From Thermoplasmata archaeon (GTDB lineage: Archaea; Thermoplasmatota; Thermoplasmata; UBA10834): a DNA stretch of 64,000 nucleotides. This document shows positions 8,053-18,597 of this stretch, piece by piece. Location: positions 66,232 to 130,231 of the forward strand of contig JAOTTD010000001.1 of assembly GCA_029864565.1 (NCBI GenBank), given 5' to 3'. The notes under the pieces were generated by a model. It saw nothing but the letters and a program-made list of their open reading frames with translations. It made no database searches and had not been told where the DNA came from. Each line of letters opens with the position of its first letter. Position 1 is the first letter of the stretch. Made by a program: the position numbers and the translations under genes.

Positions 8053-11000
8053 ATGAGAGCACGCACGAGATACGTTTGTGTCCTGGTGGCAGTCGCTTTC
8101 GTCGCGAGCGCGGTCTCAGTAGCTCTGCCGTCGCCCGCCTCGGGAGAGAATCCAGCGACTGGCGTCGGGAAGTTGGAGCCAGAATTGAGAACGCAAGTGC
8201 AGGAATCGATGATGTCGGCGCCGGATACGATATTCCGGACCGTCGTGTTCCTTGACGAAGGCGCGGACGTGTCCGAGTCGGGCAAGGCCATGGCAGGCGC
8301 GGGAGCGATGGTTGCGGACCGGTTCGACGCTCTCGGAGCGCTGTCCGTCGAGATGAGCGCGAAGTCCGCGATGAAGGTTGTAGGCCTCGACCAGGTCAAG
8401 AGGGTGTATCTGGATGGCATGAAGTATCTGCTGCCGGCGATGAAGGTCGAATCGGAGACGACTGTTGGTGCGGCGGCTTCTGCGGACTACGTGACCGAGG
8501 AGTCCGCCGAGACATGGTGGGCATCGACCTCGGCTGAGATGGGTGCTGAGGATGTTTGGGACATGGGGATCACCGGTGACGACGTCGTCGTGGCAGTCCT
8601 CGACACAGGCTGCGACCTTGACCAGTTGGACCTGGCCGGAGCGATAGTCGCGTCCAAGTCGTTCACGAGCGAGGAGTTCCATGATGTGGACGGCCACGGG
8701 ACCGCCACGGCGGGCTTGGTGGCCTCGAGAGGTGTCAACGACTACGAGATACCGCAGTTCGATGGCGTCGTGAAGATGAAGGGCATGGCTCCGGAATCGC
8801 TCATCATGGCCGGCAAGGTCCTGACCGATGAGGGATGGGGCTACGACTCTTGGATTATCGGCGGCATCAACTGGGCGGTGTCCGGAGACGATGGTGTTCC
8901 CGAGACCAGCGACGAAGCGGACATCATAAGCATGAGCCTGGGCGGTATGGAGGTCCCCAACGACGGGAACGACCCCACATCATACGCCCTTGACGTAGCG
9001 GCCGATACTTACGGCATAGCGTCCTTCCTGTCAGCAGGCAACGAGGGGCTCGGACAGAGCACCGTCGGATCAGCTGGCGTGTCGAAGACCACGATAACCG
9101 TCGGGGCGTCCACGCTCAATCCCGAGTGCCAGCTGTTGAAGTACTGGCCGCTGTCTGACTACTACGAGCAATATCTCATCGTCAAGGAAGGCGAGGACGG
9201 CTACGAGAACAACCACATGATTTGGTTCAGCAGCCGCGGACCTGCCGCTGACGGCCGGATAGATCCAGACATATGCGCTGCGGGCGCGTGGGGGCCGTCG
9301 TTGGCTCCGGACAACGCGATCGAAATGCAGTTCGGCGGGACAAGCATGGCCGCCCCAGTCGCTGCGGGGATAGGCGCGCTCGTTTACCAGACGTTCGTCG
9401 AGAAGAACGGCGTCGCACCGACGCCCGACGAGCTGAAGGAGATAATCATGGGTACAGCCATGGACATGGGCTATGGCCCGAACGAGCAGGGGCCGGGCAG
9501 AGTGGATGCTTTGGCCGCCTACGAAGCCGTCATGAGCGGCTGGGAAGCGCCTGGCCCGATGTCCGTCGCGCTGACCCTTGGCGTGGGCGACTCGGCATCA
9601 GTCGAATATGCGGGGGGGGCGACGCTCTCAACCAAGGCGATAGTGCCGAGCGGCGACGACCCAGTCATGTTCTCCGATGTCTGTGCCAAAGCGACCGATA
9701 TCTTCGTACCATTCGACGTGCCTGACGGCGTCGACTACCTGACCATTGACCTGGCGTTCGCACAGAAGCCGGTGTTCTCAAGGGACGTCCACAACCTGAG
9801 AAGCGCGGGTGGATACACGGATACGCACCTGAACATCATCCTCTACCGTCTAGACGGGGACGGAGAGAGGACGATGATCAACTACGCGTACGCGCACACG
9901 AACACTCAGGAAATGAACGCGCGCGTGACGCCTGGAGACTACGAGCTGCGCATATCGCCGGTCATGTACACAGTGCCCAAGATACCGTTCGATGTGGGCA
10001 TCGAGTTCTTCACGTCGGAGACGTGGAGCTGGGTCTCGACCGACGGTTCCAAGGCGACGGTAGCCGTGCCATCCGACGCGACGCCTGGCGTGCATGCTGG
10101 GTTCATAGAGGTCGATTGCGGAGGCGTCAGCTCGCTCGTGCCAGTGGCAGTGTCAGTGCCGATAACAATCGGCGAGGCATTCGAGGATTCAATAGACGTC
10201 GGCCACGAGGTCTGGGGATTCAACGAGGGCGACTGGAAGTACTACTTCGTCGAGGTCCCGGAGGACGGCACTCCACCAGCCATGACGGCCGTGCTCGATT
10301 GGGGGAGCTGGAACACGGATATAGACACCTACTGGATAACGCCCGACAGGAGCGTGCAGGAGGCATCGATCACGCCGTACATAAGGGACGGCATATTCGG
10401 CCCGTGGACGACCTCGACCGGGGATTCGGCTGATGTGCTGACCGTGTTGAGCCCCGAGCCTGGCATGTGGATGCTGGCGCTGCACATCGTGCTGATGGAG
10501 AAAGTGCTGCAGGAGCCGTACAGCCTCGTCGTGTTGCCTTATAGCGCGGCCGAGTTCGGAGTCGAAAGCATATCCATGAAGCCCAACACTGAGACCACGG
10601 TCAACCTGAACAACAATCTTGACTACACTGTCGGTGTGGGCCTGAGGACCGTAGGCAACACCCTGAACACGGCGACCGAATCGTATACTGGCACGATATC
10701 GTCGTTCGACCAGGGCGGCGACGGTTGTGTCGATGTGCTGTTCGATGTCGATCCGCTGACGATCTCCACGACGGTCACGATAGAGTGGGGCGATTCTGAC
10801 GCGGACATAGATGTCACGGTCTACGGAGGCGACTGGAGCAACTGGGGCATTCTCTGGGAGAGCGGCGACTCGCTCGTCTTCGATAGCCCGGTACCTGGCG
10901 AGTGGGATGCTGGCGTGGCTCTGGCGAACAGCGCGTCCGAAGTGACCTATTGGCTGAACGTGACGACGGTCATCAATGCCGCGTGGACCTCCCTCGCGCT

Positions 11001-11166
11001 GAGCGTGTACGAGGTGTGGCTCGACCCGGTGGGATCCGTGGAGCTGACCGTGTCCCTGTCTGCGCCGATGGGCACCACCGCTGGAATGATTGTGGCATAC
11101 GACCTCGTCACTGGCTGTGAGTACGACACACTGGTTGTATCAGGGAGCGGAAAGCCCTCGATGTAG
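8053..11166 (+). CDS. Secreted subtilisin-like serine peptidase (S8) with ~550-aa C-terminal extension
   Basis: The catalytic triad contexts are VAVLDTGCDLDQ (Asp), DGHGTATAGLVAS (His) and GGTSMAAPVAAGIGALV (Ser). The internal Met at 8053 starts a signal peptide (MRARTRYVCVLVAVAFVASAVSVA) with GGAGGAGG upstream, so I prefer it to the ORF-track start at 7900. Confidence 0.9.
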   Translation: MRARTRYVCVLVAVAFVASAVSVALPSPASGENPATGVGKLEPELRTQVQESMMSAPDTIFRTVVFLDEGADVSESGKAMAGAGAMVADRFDALGALSVEMSAKSAMKVVGLDQVKRVYLDGMKYLLPAMKVESETTVGAAASADYVTEESAETWWASTSAEMGAEDVWDMGITGDDVVVAVLDTGCDLDQLDLAGAIVASKSFTSEEFHDVDGHGTATAGLVASRGVNDYEIPQFDGVVKMKGMAPESLIMAGKVLTDEGWGYDSWIIGGINWAVSGDDGVPETSDEADIISMSLGGMEVPNDGNDPTSYALDVAADTYGIASFLSAGNEGLGQSTVGSAGVSKTTITVGASTLNPECQLLKYWPLSDYYEQYLIVKEGEDGYENNHMIWFSSRGPAADGRIDPDICAAGAWGPSLAPDNAIEMQFGGTSMAAPVAAGIGALVYQTFVEKNGVAPTPDELKEIIMGTAMDMGYGPNEQGPGRVDALAAYEAVMSGWEAPGPMSVALTLGVGDSASVEYAGGATLSTKAIVPSGDDPVMFSDVCAKATDIFVPFDVPDGVDYLTIDLAFAQKPVFSRDVHNLRSAGGYTDTHLNIILYRLDGDGERTMINYAYAHTNTQEMNARVTPGDYELRISPVMYTVPKIPFDVGIEFFTSETWSWVSTDGSKATVAVPSDATPGVHAGFIEVDCGGVSSLVPVAVSVPITIGEAFEDSIDVGHEVWGFNEGDWKYYFVEVPEDGTPPAMTAVLDWGSWNTDIDTYWITPDRSVQEASITPYIRDGIFGPWTTSTGDSADVLTVLSPEPGMWMLALHIVLMEKVLQEPYSLVVLPYSAAEFGVESISMKPNTETTVNLNNNLDYTVGVGLRTVGNTLNTATESYTGTISSFDQGGDGCVDVLFDVDPLTISTTVTIEWGDSDADIDVTVYGGDWSNWGILWESGDSLVFDSPVPGEWDAGVALANSASEVTYWLNVTTVINAAWTSLALSVYEVWLDPVGSVELTVSLSAPMGTTAGMIVAYDLVTGCEYDTLVVSGSGKPSM

Positions 11167-11224
11167 GCGCCTGCCCGAATCGAAACCCCTTTGTCAAACC
11201 CCTTCATCTTTCTCGCTCAGACGG

Positions 11225-12241
11225 TCACCTGCGGCCGACCTTGTGACAGGCGACGAAGTGCCCGTTCCCGATGTCTATCAGCTCGGGCTCGGTCTCCCTG
11301 CACACACCCATGGCAAGCGCGCATCTGGGATTGAACCTGCACCCCTTGGGCGGGTTCGTAGGGCTCGGAATCTCGCCCTCGATGCCCTTCTTCTCCGACC
11401 TCAGCTTCGGGTCGGGTATGGGGATGGAAGCTATGAGCGCCTGCGTGTACGGGTGCATCGCGTGCTTCAGGAAGACATCGGCGGGCGCGAGTTCCACGAT
11501 CTTGCCCAGATACATGACCGCGATCCTGTCGCTCATGTGCCCGACGACCGAAAGGTCGTGAGATATGAACAAGTAGCTCAGGCCGAGCTTCGCCTGCAGC
11601 CCCTTGAGCAGGTTAAGTGCCTGCGCCTGGACCGATACGTCCAAGGCTGAGGTCGGTTCATCAAGTACTATGAAATCGGGATCGAGCGCGAGCGCCCTGG
11701 CAAGGGCAATTCTCTGTCTCTGGCCTCCGCTGAACTCGTGAGGCAGCCTCGACAGATGATCGTGCGACAGGCCGACCTGTTCTATCAGCACGTGGATGCG
11801 CTCCCTCCTTGCGACGTTCGGATCCTTGGCACCCTCGGGAGGGCCGTGGATCGCAAACCCCTCGCCCACGATGCGCTCGACCGTTATCCTCGGATCGAGA
11901 CTTGAGTACGGGTTCTGAAAGACTATCTGCATCCTCTTCCTCATTGCCCTTAGCTCTCTTCCGGTAAGCTTCATGACGTCCTTCTGGTCGAAGACCACCT
12001 TGCCACTTGTCGGCTCCACCAGCCTGAGAATCGCCCTGCCAACGGTCGTCTTGCCGCATCCGCTCTCCCCCACGAGTCCGAGGGTCTCGCCTCTCATGAC
12101 GGACAGGCTGACGCCGTCCACCGCGTGCACGTGCCCGACCACCTTCCCGAATACACCCTTCTTGACCGGGAAGAACTTCACCAGATCCTCGACCTGAATG
12201 AGAGGTTCACTGAGGCTTGCAGGCATGGCATCATTATCCAT
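11225..12241 (-). CDS. Peptide ABC transporter ATP-binding protein (OppF/DppF-like)
   Basis: It has Walker A (GESGCGKTT), the signature LSGGQRQR and Walker B (LDEPTSALD). The C-terminal oligopeptide-ABC tail is Cys-rich ([11 protein letters not shown]). The start is set at MDNDAM, overlapping the upstream ATPase. Confidence 0.85.
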   Translation of the reverse strand: MDNDAMPASLSEPLIQVEDLVKFFPVKKGVFGKVVGHVHAVDGVSLSVMRGETLGLVGESGCGKTTVGRAILRLVEPTSGKVVFDQKDVMKLTGRELRAMRKRMQIVFQNPYSSLDPRITVERIVGEGFAIHGPPEGAKDPNVARRERIHVLIEQVGLSHDHLSRLPHEFSGGQRQRIALARALALDPDFIVLDEPTSALDVSVQAQALNLLKGLQAKLGLSYLFISHDLSVVGHMSDRIAVMYLGKIVELAPADVFLKHAMHPYTQALIASIPIPDPKLRSEKKGIEGEIPSPTNPPKGCRFNPRCALAMGVCRETEPELIDIGNGHFVACHKVGRR

Positions 12242-13229
12242 CGGAAGGCTCACCCCCTGACCACAGATGACAGGAGACATAGTGTCCTCGGGAGATCTCT
12301 ACACGGCTGGGTCTATGTTTCGAGCAGACGTCCATCGCCTTGCCGCATCTGTCGACGAACGGGCAGCCCTTGAACGGGTTCATCAGATCGGGAACCGTGC
12401 CCTTTATCACTGACAGCTCGTCCTTCTTCTCGCCGAGCTTGGGAAAAGCTGTCAGAAGGCCCGCAGTGTACGGATGCCTCGGGTGTTCGAAGAGCTCGAA
12501 GGTCTCTGCGTCCTCCACGATCCTACCAGCGTACATGACACATATCCTGTCGCAAGTCTCGGCGACGATACCCAGATTGTGGGTGATGAGCATCATGGAA
12601 CTCCCAGTCTTCGCGACGAGGGCCTTGAGAAGCTTCAGTATCTGCCCTTGGATGGTCACGTCGAGAGCAGTGGTGGGCTCGTCCGCGATTAGCATGGACG
12701 GCGAACAGGACAGCGCGAGGGCGATCATGACCCTCTGCTTCATACCCCCGCTCAGCTCGTGAGGGTACATCTCCATCACTTCCTTTGGAGCCGCTATCCG
12801 CACGAGCTCAAGAGCCTCGACGACCTTCTTCTCAAGTGCCACCTTCTCGTAGATGCCTTGATGAAGCGATATGACCTCGTCCAGCTGGCTCCCGACAGTG
12901 AATACCGGATCGAGAGCGGTAGACGCGTCCTGGAATATCATGGATATCTCGGTTCCACGAACCGAGCGCATCCTGTCCAAGTCCAAGGTCGTGAGTTCGA
13001 TGCCCTTGTACTTGATCGAGCCCGCGGTGATCCTCCCCGGATGCGGTACCAGACGTAGGATGGAATACGCAGTCATGCTCTTCCCGCAGCCGGTCTCCCC
13101 AACGATGCCCACGGACTCGTTCTCGTAGATGGTGAGGTCGATCCCATCGAGAGCCGTCACAATGCCTTCGCGGAGGAAGAACTGGGTCCTCAGGCCCCGT
13201 ATCTCGAGGACTGGTTTCCTCGCACTCAT
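12234..13229 (-). CDS. Peptide ABC transporter ATP-binding protein (OppD/DppD-like)
   Basis: It has Walker A ([10 protein letters not shown]), LSGGMKQR and Walker B ([10 protein letters not shown]). I placed the start at [13 protein letters not shown], which gives the usual 4-nt overlap with the upstream permease. The ORF-track N-extension is Arg/His-rich. Confidence 0.85.
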   Translation of the reverse strand: MSARKPVLEIRGLRTQFFLREGIVTALDGIDLTIYENESVGIVGETGCGKSMTAYSILRLVPHPGRITAGSIKYKGIELTTLDLDRMRSVRGTEISMIFQDASTALDPVFTVGSQLDEVISLHQGIYEKVALEKKVVEALELVRIAAPKEVMEMYPHELSGGMKQRVMIALALSCSPSMLIADEPTTALDVTIQGQILKLLKALVAKTGSSMMLITHNLGIVAETCDRICVMYAGRIVEDAETFELFEHPRHPYTAGLLTAFPKLGEKKDELSVIKGTVPDLMNPFKGCPFVDRCGKAMDVCSKHRPSRVEISRGHYVSCHLWSGGEPSDG

Positions 13230-14140
13230 CTCCTCAACCCCTTCATGCGCGGGTCCAGCACGTCCCGCAGACCGTCTCCCAACAGGTTGAAGCCAAGGAT
13301 TGTGGCGACCATCGTGACTCCCGGGAAAGTAGATATCCAGGGGGCGTTGCCAAGGTAAAGTATGCCGCTCGACAGCATCCAGCCCCAGCTGGGCGTGGGT
13401 GGCTTCGTGCCGACACCGAGGAAGCTCAGGCTGCTCTCGATCGTGATTGCATCGGCTACGCCTATAGACGCCCAGACAATCAGGGGGGCGATGCAATTCG
13501 GGAGCACATGGGTGAACATGAGCCTCCAGTGCCTGGCACCGAGCGCCCTGCTCGCCTCAACGAACTGCCTCTCCCTCATCGAGAGCGCCTGCCCGCGCAT
13601 CAGCCTCGCGAAACCCGCCCAGTACGATATCGATATGGCGAGTATCACATTCATCAGACCTGCACCGAGGGCCGCGGCGAAAGCGAGCGCCAGTAGAAAC
13701 GGCGGGAAGGTCCAGAACAGGTCGATTGTGCCGGATATTATGTAATCGACCTTGCCGCCGAAATATCCAGCGGTCAAGCCGAGGACGATACCAATCATCA
13801 TTGAGACGACAACCGCGACCATGGCGACCGTGAGAGAGACTCTCGCGCCCCAGATGACCCTGCTGAAGACATCTCGCCCGTTCTCATCCGTGCCAAACCA
13901 GTTCTCAGACGACGGGGAAAGGAGCTGCTGGCCAGGCTCAAGATTCTGTTGGGTAGGGTCCGCAATCGGGAGCACAGGTGCGAGGAGGGCGATTGATATG
14001 ATGATCACGATCATCGTGAAACCAATCACGACCATCGGGTTCCTGCCACCTCTTTCGAGTATGCCCGCGAGGGTCTGCCTGACTCCGCCGGCCATCTTCC
14101 AGGCCAGCAGCTTGTCGTTCAAAGCCTTCCTCAACCTCAT
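13226..14140 (-). CDS. Peptide ABC transporter permease (OppC/DppC-like)
   Basis: It is polytopic. An N-terminal region is followed by ...ENGRDVFSRVIWGARVSL... and the EAA-like loop EASRALGARHWRLMFTHVLPN. Confidence 0.85.
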   Translation of the reverse strand: MRLRKALNDKLLAWKMAGGVRQTLAGILERGGRNPMVVIGFTMIVIIISIALLAPVLPIADPTQQNLEPGQQLLSPSSENWFGTDENGRDVFSRVIWGARVSLTVAMVAVVVSMMIGIVLGLTAGYFGGKVDYIISGTIDLFWTFPPFLLALAFAAALGAGLMNVILAISISYWAGFARLMRGQALSMRERQFVEASRALGARHWRLMFTHVLPNCIAPLIVWASIGVADAITIESSLSFLGVGTKPPTPSWGWMLSSGILYLGNAPWISTFPGVTMVATILGFNLLGDGLRDVLDPRMKGLRR

Positions 14141-15078
14141 CCGAGCCTCACCCGCGGATCCACGTATGCGTACAGTATGTCAGCGAACAGATTTCCTGCA
14201 ATCACGAAGAAGGCCAGTACCAGAATGCATCCCTGCACCACGGGGAAATCGCTGTTAGATATGGACGTGGTTATGAGCATCCCTATACCTGGCCATTGGA
14301 AGACGGTCTCGACAACGACTGACCCGCCGATGAACCATCCAATGTCCAGGCCAATGACGGTTATGACTGGGAGGATGGCGTTCTTCAGCGCGTGCCTGTA
14401 TATGATCTCCTTCTCGGGTAGGCCTCGGGAGCGTAGCTGAGTGATGTAGTCCTGGCGTATCACCTCCAACATGCTTGACCGCATCATCCTAGTTGTCAGC
14501 GCTGCGTTTCCTAAGCCGAGAGTCATAGCAGGGAGTATGATACTGCCGAACCCTCCAGTAGTCCCCTCTATTGGCAGCCACCCGAGCTCCACTGCGAACA
14601 GCAGCATGAGCAGTATGCCGAGCCAGAACGAAGGCATGGCGTAGGCGAGCAGTGTGAAAACCATGACGCTCCTGTCCCCGAGTGTGTTGTGCCTCAAGGC
14701 TGAGAATACCCCAAGGGGAATGCCGAGTGAGTAAGACATCCCCAGGCCTATGCCCATCAGCTCCAATGTCCTGGGCAGCCTCTGGACTATCAAGCCGGAG
14801 ACATCGAGATTCCTGGTCGCCGCGCCAATGGAGATCCCGAGGTCGCCGTGCACCAGCCGCCACAGGAATAACCCGTACTGGACATAGGGGGGGTCGTTCA
14901 AGCCATACTTGTCCCTGATGGCGTCCAGTTCCTCAACGGACGCGTGAGGCGGCGCCAGGGCGGTTATGGGGTCCCCTGGGGTCAGGTACAACATCAGGAA
15001 CACTATCAGAGTAGCCAGTAAGATGATCGGTATAGCCAGCAGCATCTTCCTGATGACGTATGAGGCGAGGTCGGCCAA
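14137..15078 (-). CDS. Peptide ABC transporter permease (OppB/DppB-like)
   Basis: It is polytopic. The EAA loop IRQDYITQLRSRGLPEKEIIYRHALKNAILPV is present. It overlaps the downstream gene by 4 nt. Confidence 0.85.
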   Translation of the reverse strand: MADLASYVIRKMLLAIPIILLATLIVFLMLYLTPGDPITALAPPHASVEELDAIRDKYGLNDPPYVQYGLFLWRLVHGDLGISIGAATRNLDVSGLIVQRLPRTLELMGIGLGMSYSLGIPLGVFSALRHNTLGDRSVMVFTLLAYAMPSFWLGILLMLLFAVELGWLPIEGTTGGFGSIILPAMTLGLGNAALTTRMMRSSMLEVIRQDYITQLRSRGLPEKEIIYRHALKNAILPVITVIGLDIGWFIGGSVVVETVFQWPGIGMLITTSISNSDFPVVQGCILVLAFFVIAGNLFADILYAYVDPRVRLG

Positions 15079-15205
15079 CTCACCCGCCCCCTTCGAACCT
15101 CAAGTTAGTCCTTGACATCGCCTGATTCGCTCCGAGTTCCTGTCCCTTTGAGACCCGCGCCGTGTTAAATCAGGAAAGGGTTTGAGGGTTTGGAGTGCGC
15201 CGGAC

Positions 15206-16933
15206 CTACTTCTCTATGTCGACGTCCACTATGTTGATGACTTGCTCCTGTCCGAGCGGGTTGACAGCCCATCCGGGGTCGCCCTTGAACGTCACATAGT
15301 TGTGGACCGCGAATATCTGGTGCCAGAATACTAGCGGAGTCCACGCGGCCTGTTCCAGCAACCGTATGTGCGCCGCAGTCGCGTTGTCTGAGAATTCCTG
15401 CTCGGTCTCCGCATATGTCCAGTTGGTCACGTAGTCGTCGAACACGTCGTCAATATACCATCCGGTGTTGGACCCTCCAGCAGCCCACGTGCCGAAGTGC
15501 CAGTCCAGTATCTCGGCCCTCGGCCAAGAGTACCAGAACAGGATGGCTTCCTGGCTGCCTTCCGAGGCCATGTCTCTGAGCTGCGTCTCGGCGTACGGGG
15601 TGAGCGTGACGTGGACTCCGACATCCTCGAACTGCTCCTGGACTATCTCGCCCATCTGGATGTCCTCGCCCTTGTTCGTCGTCCAGAGGTCCAAGGACAG
15701 CTCTCCCGAGGCGTTCTCTAGCCATCCGTCGTCGTCTGTGTCCGTGAATCCGGCAGCTTCGAAGAGATCCATCGCCTTGTCGACATCATACGTGTAGTTG
15801 TACTCCGCCGCGACGTTGTACGATTCGGGCTCGATTGGCGAGAGCAGGTTCACACCCTCCTCGGCGAGGCCATGCCAGACCGTGCTTACAATCTGAGCCC
15901 TGTTCACGGCGTAGCAGAATGCTTTACGGAGCGTCGGGTTGTCCCACGGGTCCTTCTGGCAGTTGAATTCGACATGGTATGTGCCCTGGCCCGGTCCCGT
16001 GATCACGGTGAGGGCGGAATCGTCCTCATACGCCTGCACCTTGCTTGGAGGCACCTGCTGCAAGACGTCTATCGCACCACTCTCGAACCCGGCGAACCTC
16101 GTGGCCTGGTCCGTGATGATCCTGTAGATTATCTTGTCTATATTCGCGGGGCCCTTGTTCTCATACCATGAGAAACCCCAGTCGTAGTCCGGGTTCTTGA
16201 CGAGGGTGATGTGATCTCCGGGGATCCACTCATCGAGCATGTACGGTCCTGTCCCGACGACCTTTCCATTGGCGGTGCCGTACAGGTCCAGACCATCCTC
16301 TTCGAGCGCGTCCGGGCCCATCATCGAACCGTACAGGTGCGAGAGGTTGAACTGCAGGGCCACATCTGCCCACGTCAGGTTCAGGACCATGTTGTAATCG
16401 TCCTTGCACCATATGCCAGCGTCTGGCCAACCGGTCTTGTTCTCGCAGCCGTAGATGGCCCAGAACTCGTACTGGACCCAGCTGTCGTCCTGGGCGTAGT
16501 AGTTGATTATCCTCTTCACCGCGTCCGTGTCGAATGGCAGCCCGTCATGGAACTTTACACCCTGTTTCAGCCGGATCTCGAAAGTCGGGTGGTCCGGGTC
16601 CGTCCGGTTCATGTTCCACCACTCGGCAAGCCCATCGGCGTAGTCGCCGTTCAGGTCCCTCGTGATGAGAGTTTCGTAGATCAAGCCGGGCGGGCCATAC
16701 ATCGCGCTGGTCTTGGCAGGATCCATGGCCTGTACGTCGGAGCTCATAGCTACGACCAGGACTTTCTCGTCGCTCTCCCCTCCCAACAGTCCGAAGGCCC
16801 ACGCACCCGCGAGACCTGCGACTAAGAGGACCACGACGATTACGGCCGCGATTAGAGCCCTGCTCTGCGGGCGGCCGGGTCGTGCCTTCGGTTGTGCAAC
16901 TCCACTCCCAGATTCACTCTCTGAACTCCCCAC
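15206..16933 (-). CDS. ABC transporter substrate-binding protein, family 5 (peptide/nickel), N-terminally membrane-anchored
   Basis: At 575 aa it is the size of a peptide SBP. A TM anchor (LIAAVIVVVLLVAGLAGAWAF) follows a Ser/Glu-rich tail. It heads the opp-like operon. Confidence 0.8.
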   Translation of the reverse strand: MGSSESESGSGVAQPKARPGRPQSRALIAAVIVVVLLVAGLAGAWAFGLLGGESDEKVLVVAMSSDVQAMDPAKTSAMYGPPGLIYETLITRDLNGDYADGLAEWWNMNRTDPDHPTFEIRLKQGVKFHDGLPFDTDAVKRIINYYAQDDSWVQYEFWAIYGCENKTGWPDAGIWCKDDYNMVLNLTWADVALQFNLSHLYGSMMGPDALEEDGLDLYGTANGKVVGTGPYMLDEWIPGDHITLVKNPDYDWGFSWYENKGPANIDKIIYRIITDQATRFAGFESGAIDVLQQVPPSKVQAYEDDSALTVITGPGQGTYHVEFNCQKDPWDNPTLRKAFCYAVNRAQIVSTVWHGLAEEGVNLLSPIEPESYNVAAEYNYTYDVDKAMDLFEAAGFTDTDDDGWLENASGELSLDLWTTNKGEDIQMGEIVQEQFEDVGVHVTLTPYAETQLRDMASEGSQEAILFWYSWPRAEILDWHFGTWAAGGSNTGWYIDDVFDDYVTNWTYAETEQEFSDNATAAHIRLLEQAAWTPLVFWHQIFAVHNYVTFKGDPGWAVNPLGQEQVINIVDVDIEK

Positions 16934-17188
16934 CTTATCTCCTCCAGATAGATCAAGTGAGAATCAGTCACAAAGGCGCCAACACGAGGCCAACGAATAC
17001 CCGTGACCTATCTCCTTCGATTGACGGCATTCGAATCAGCCTATGCCCTATTTATAACCCTGTGATGGCCGCCTTTGAACGTGCCGATAATCGCGCTCAA
17101 ATGTACAACTTGTGTGGTGCTGAACCAGGGGGCATTTCAGATATGAAGATGAAAATCAAGTAAGTGGTTTGGATGCCAGACTCGCTGG

Positions 17189-18409
17189 CTATTCGAAGCC
17201 CCAGTAGGTCTGCAGGAACTCCCACCAGCCCATATTCGGGAACTCGAATGTCATGTAGGTTTCGTACCCACCCCACTCCGAATCGGCATATGCGATCGTG
17301 TATGAGCTGTGGCTCGCAGGGAAGGTTATGCCCATGCCATTGTACCCGTACAGCTCGCTGTTCTTGGCGGTTCCCATGCCCAGCATAGCCTCTCCGTACG
17401 CGTCCAAGACGGCCTCGCACGCCGCGTACGCGGGGTCACCCTTCTTCACGTTCTCCATGATCTGCTCAACGAAGGAGGGCATGTCGATCCAGCTCTCGCC
17501 GCGAGCGCCCCACGGAATGATGGAGCTCCGCTGGGCGGCGCCAATAATCTGCCGGTAGGAGTCGATATCGCCCGCCAGTGTGCCCGCCATCGCCGTGACC
17601 GCCTCTCCGAGCGCCGCGATCTTCGACATGTTGAATATCGACTGCGTCGTCAGCATCTCGCTCATGTACGGCGGCTGGTTGAACAGGTTCGTGAACTCCT
17701 CGACGATGATCGTGCAGAGCTCGAGCGCCTCCATCTCCGGGTTCAATATGAGCCTCTGGACGATCTTGTCGTACGAGAATCCGCGCCATCCGATGTAGCT
17801 CTCGCTCGCGACCATATAGTCGACACTCAACCCGTTCGACACGTACTCGTACAGGGTCTCCATCTGGCCTATCGAGCACTCGTCGCAGGCGATGATGTCC
17901 ATGTGATAGCCTTCCAGAGCGGCCATCATCTCGTGGTGCGACAGCCAGTCCCAGCTGGTTCCCGGCTCGTCGCCTTCCATCGTCGTGTCCACGCCAACGC
18001 CGCCCGTGGGCGTGCCATGGTCCCAGAAGAACAGCAGCATGTGCTCCGCCGGGAAGTACGTGTCGCTGTACTCGACGAAGTCCGTCAGCGTCGCAGGGTC
18101 GCCCATGTTGACCTCGCCCAGACTCTTGAGTTCGACCATCTCATGGTCTTCGATGCAGTACAGGTATGCGGGCTCGTACAATCTGTCGACCAGGACCAAG
18201 ACGTTCACTGAGGCGCTGGAGTCGCCGTCCTTTAGTTCCTGGAAGTCCTCCTCGGTGTACGGGTCAAGGTCGTTGTCCGCGACAAGATACACGAGCACCG
18301 ACCACTCGGCGACATCCCTCGCTTCCTCATCCGCCGCCTCGCTCGGCAAGTCCTCCGTCCCCACGGCACTCAAGCCTGCGAGCAGAGAAGCGACGAACAA
18401 AGCCGTCAC
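17189..18409 (-). CDS. Secreted C11 (clostripain-like) cysteine peptidase
   Basis: It has a signal peptide (MTALFVASLLAGLSAVG). The motifs WSVLVYLVADNDL, LLFFWDHG and IIACDECSIGQMETLYE match the paralog at 2-1315. Confidence 0.8.
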   Translation of the reverse strand: MTALFVASLLAGLSAVGTEDLPSEAADEEARDVAEWSVLVYLVADNDLDPYTEEDFQELKDGDSSASVNVLVLVDRLYEPAYLYCIEDHEMVELKSLGEVNMGDPATLTDFVEYSDTYFPAEHMLLFFWDHGTPTGGVGVDTTMEGDEPGTSWDWLSHHEMMAALEGYHMDIIACDECSIGQMETLYEYVSNGLSVDYMVASESYIGWRGFSYDKIVQRLILNPEMEALELCTIIVEEFTNLFNQPPYMSEMLTTQSIFNMSKIAALGEAVTAMAGTLAGDIDSYRQIIGAAQRSSIIPWGARGESWIDMPSFVEQIMENVKKGDPAYAACEAVLDAYGEAMLGMGTAKNSELYGYNGMGITFPASHSSYTIAYADSEWGGYETYMTFEFPNMGWWEFLQTYWGFE

Positions 18410-18597
18410 TGATACACTGATGATTGCCTTTGATCTCTCGTAGGGAATAATCCCCTCACCCCCAAAGTTCAGAGCTGGAAGTGTGCCCGCAACTTATTAC
18501 CCTTTCCATACTGACTATATAAGCTGTGAAGAGTGAGTCGGCCCGCAATCCTTTGGGGATAGCACAGCCCAGTCATCAGAATCAGATTCCTTGAGCG

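Noticed and set aside
8116-8697. 193-aa minus-strand ORF inside the S8 protease gene; similar antisense ORFs occur at 7914-8420 and 9273-9725
   Set aside because: They are antisense or out of frame to the catalytic-domain region of a high-confidence gene and have low-complexity Arg-rich products.
12234-13496. 420-aa version of the OppD-like ATPase with 89-aa N-terminal extension
   Set aside because: The extension (Arg/His/Pro-rich) overlaps the upstream permease gene. The internal Met at 13229 gives the normal ABC N-terminus and the usual 4-nt gene overlap.
17309-18211. 300-aa plus-strand ORF antisense to the C11 peptidase; also 17466-17879 (-) out-of-frame
   Set aside because: They overlap a gene with clear C11 motifs and a signal peptide. 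Their composition is dominated by Arg, His and Leu.
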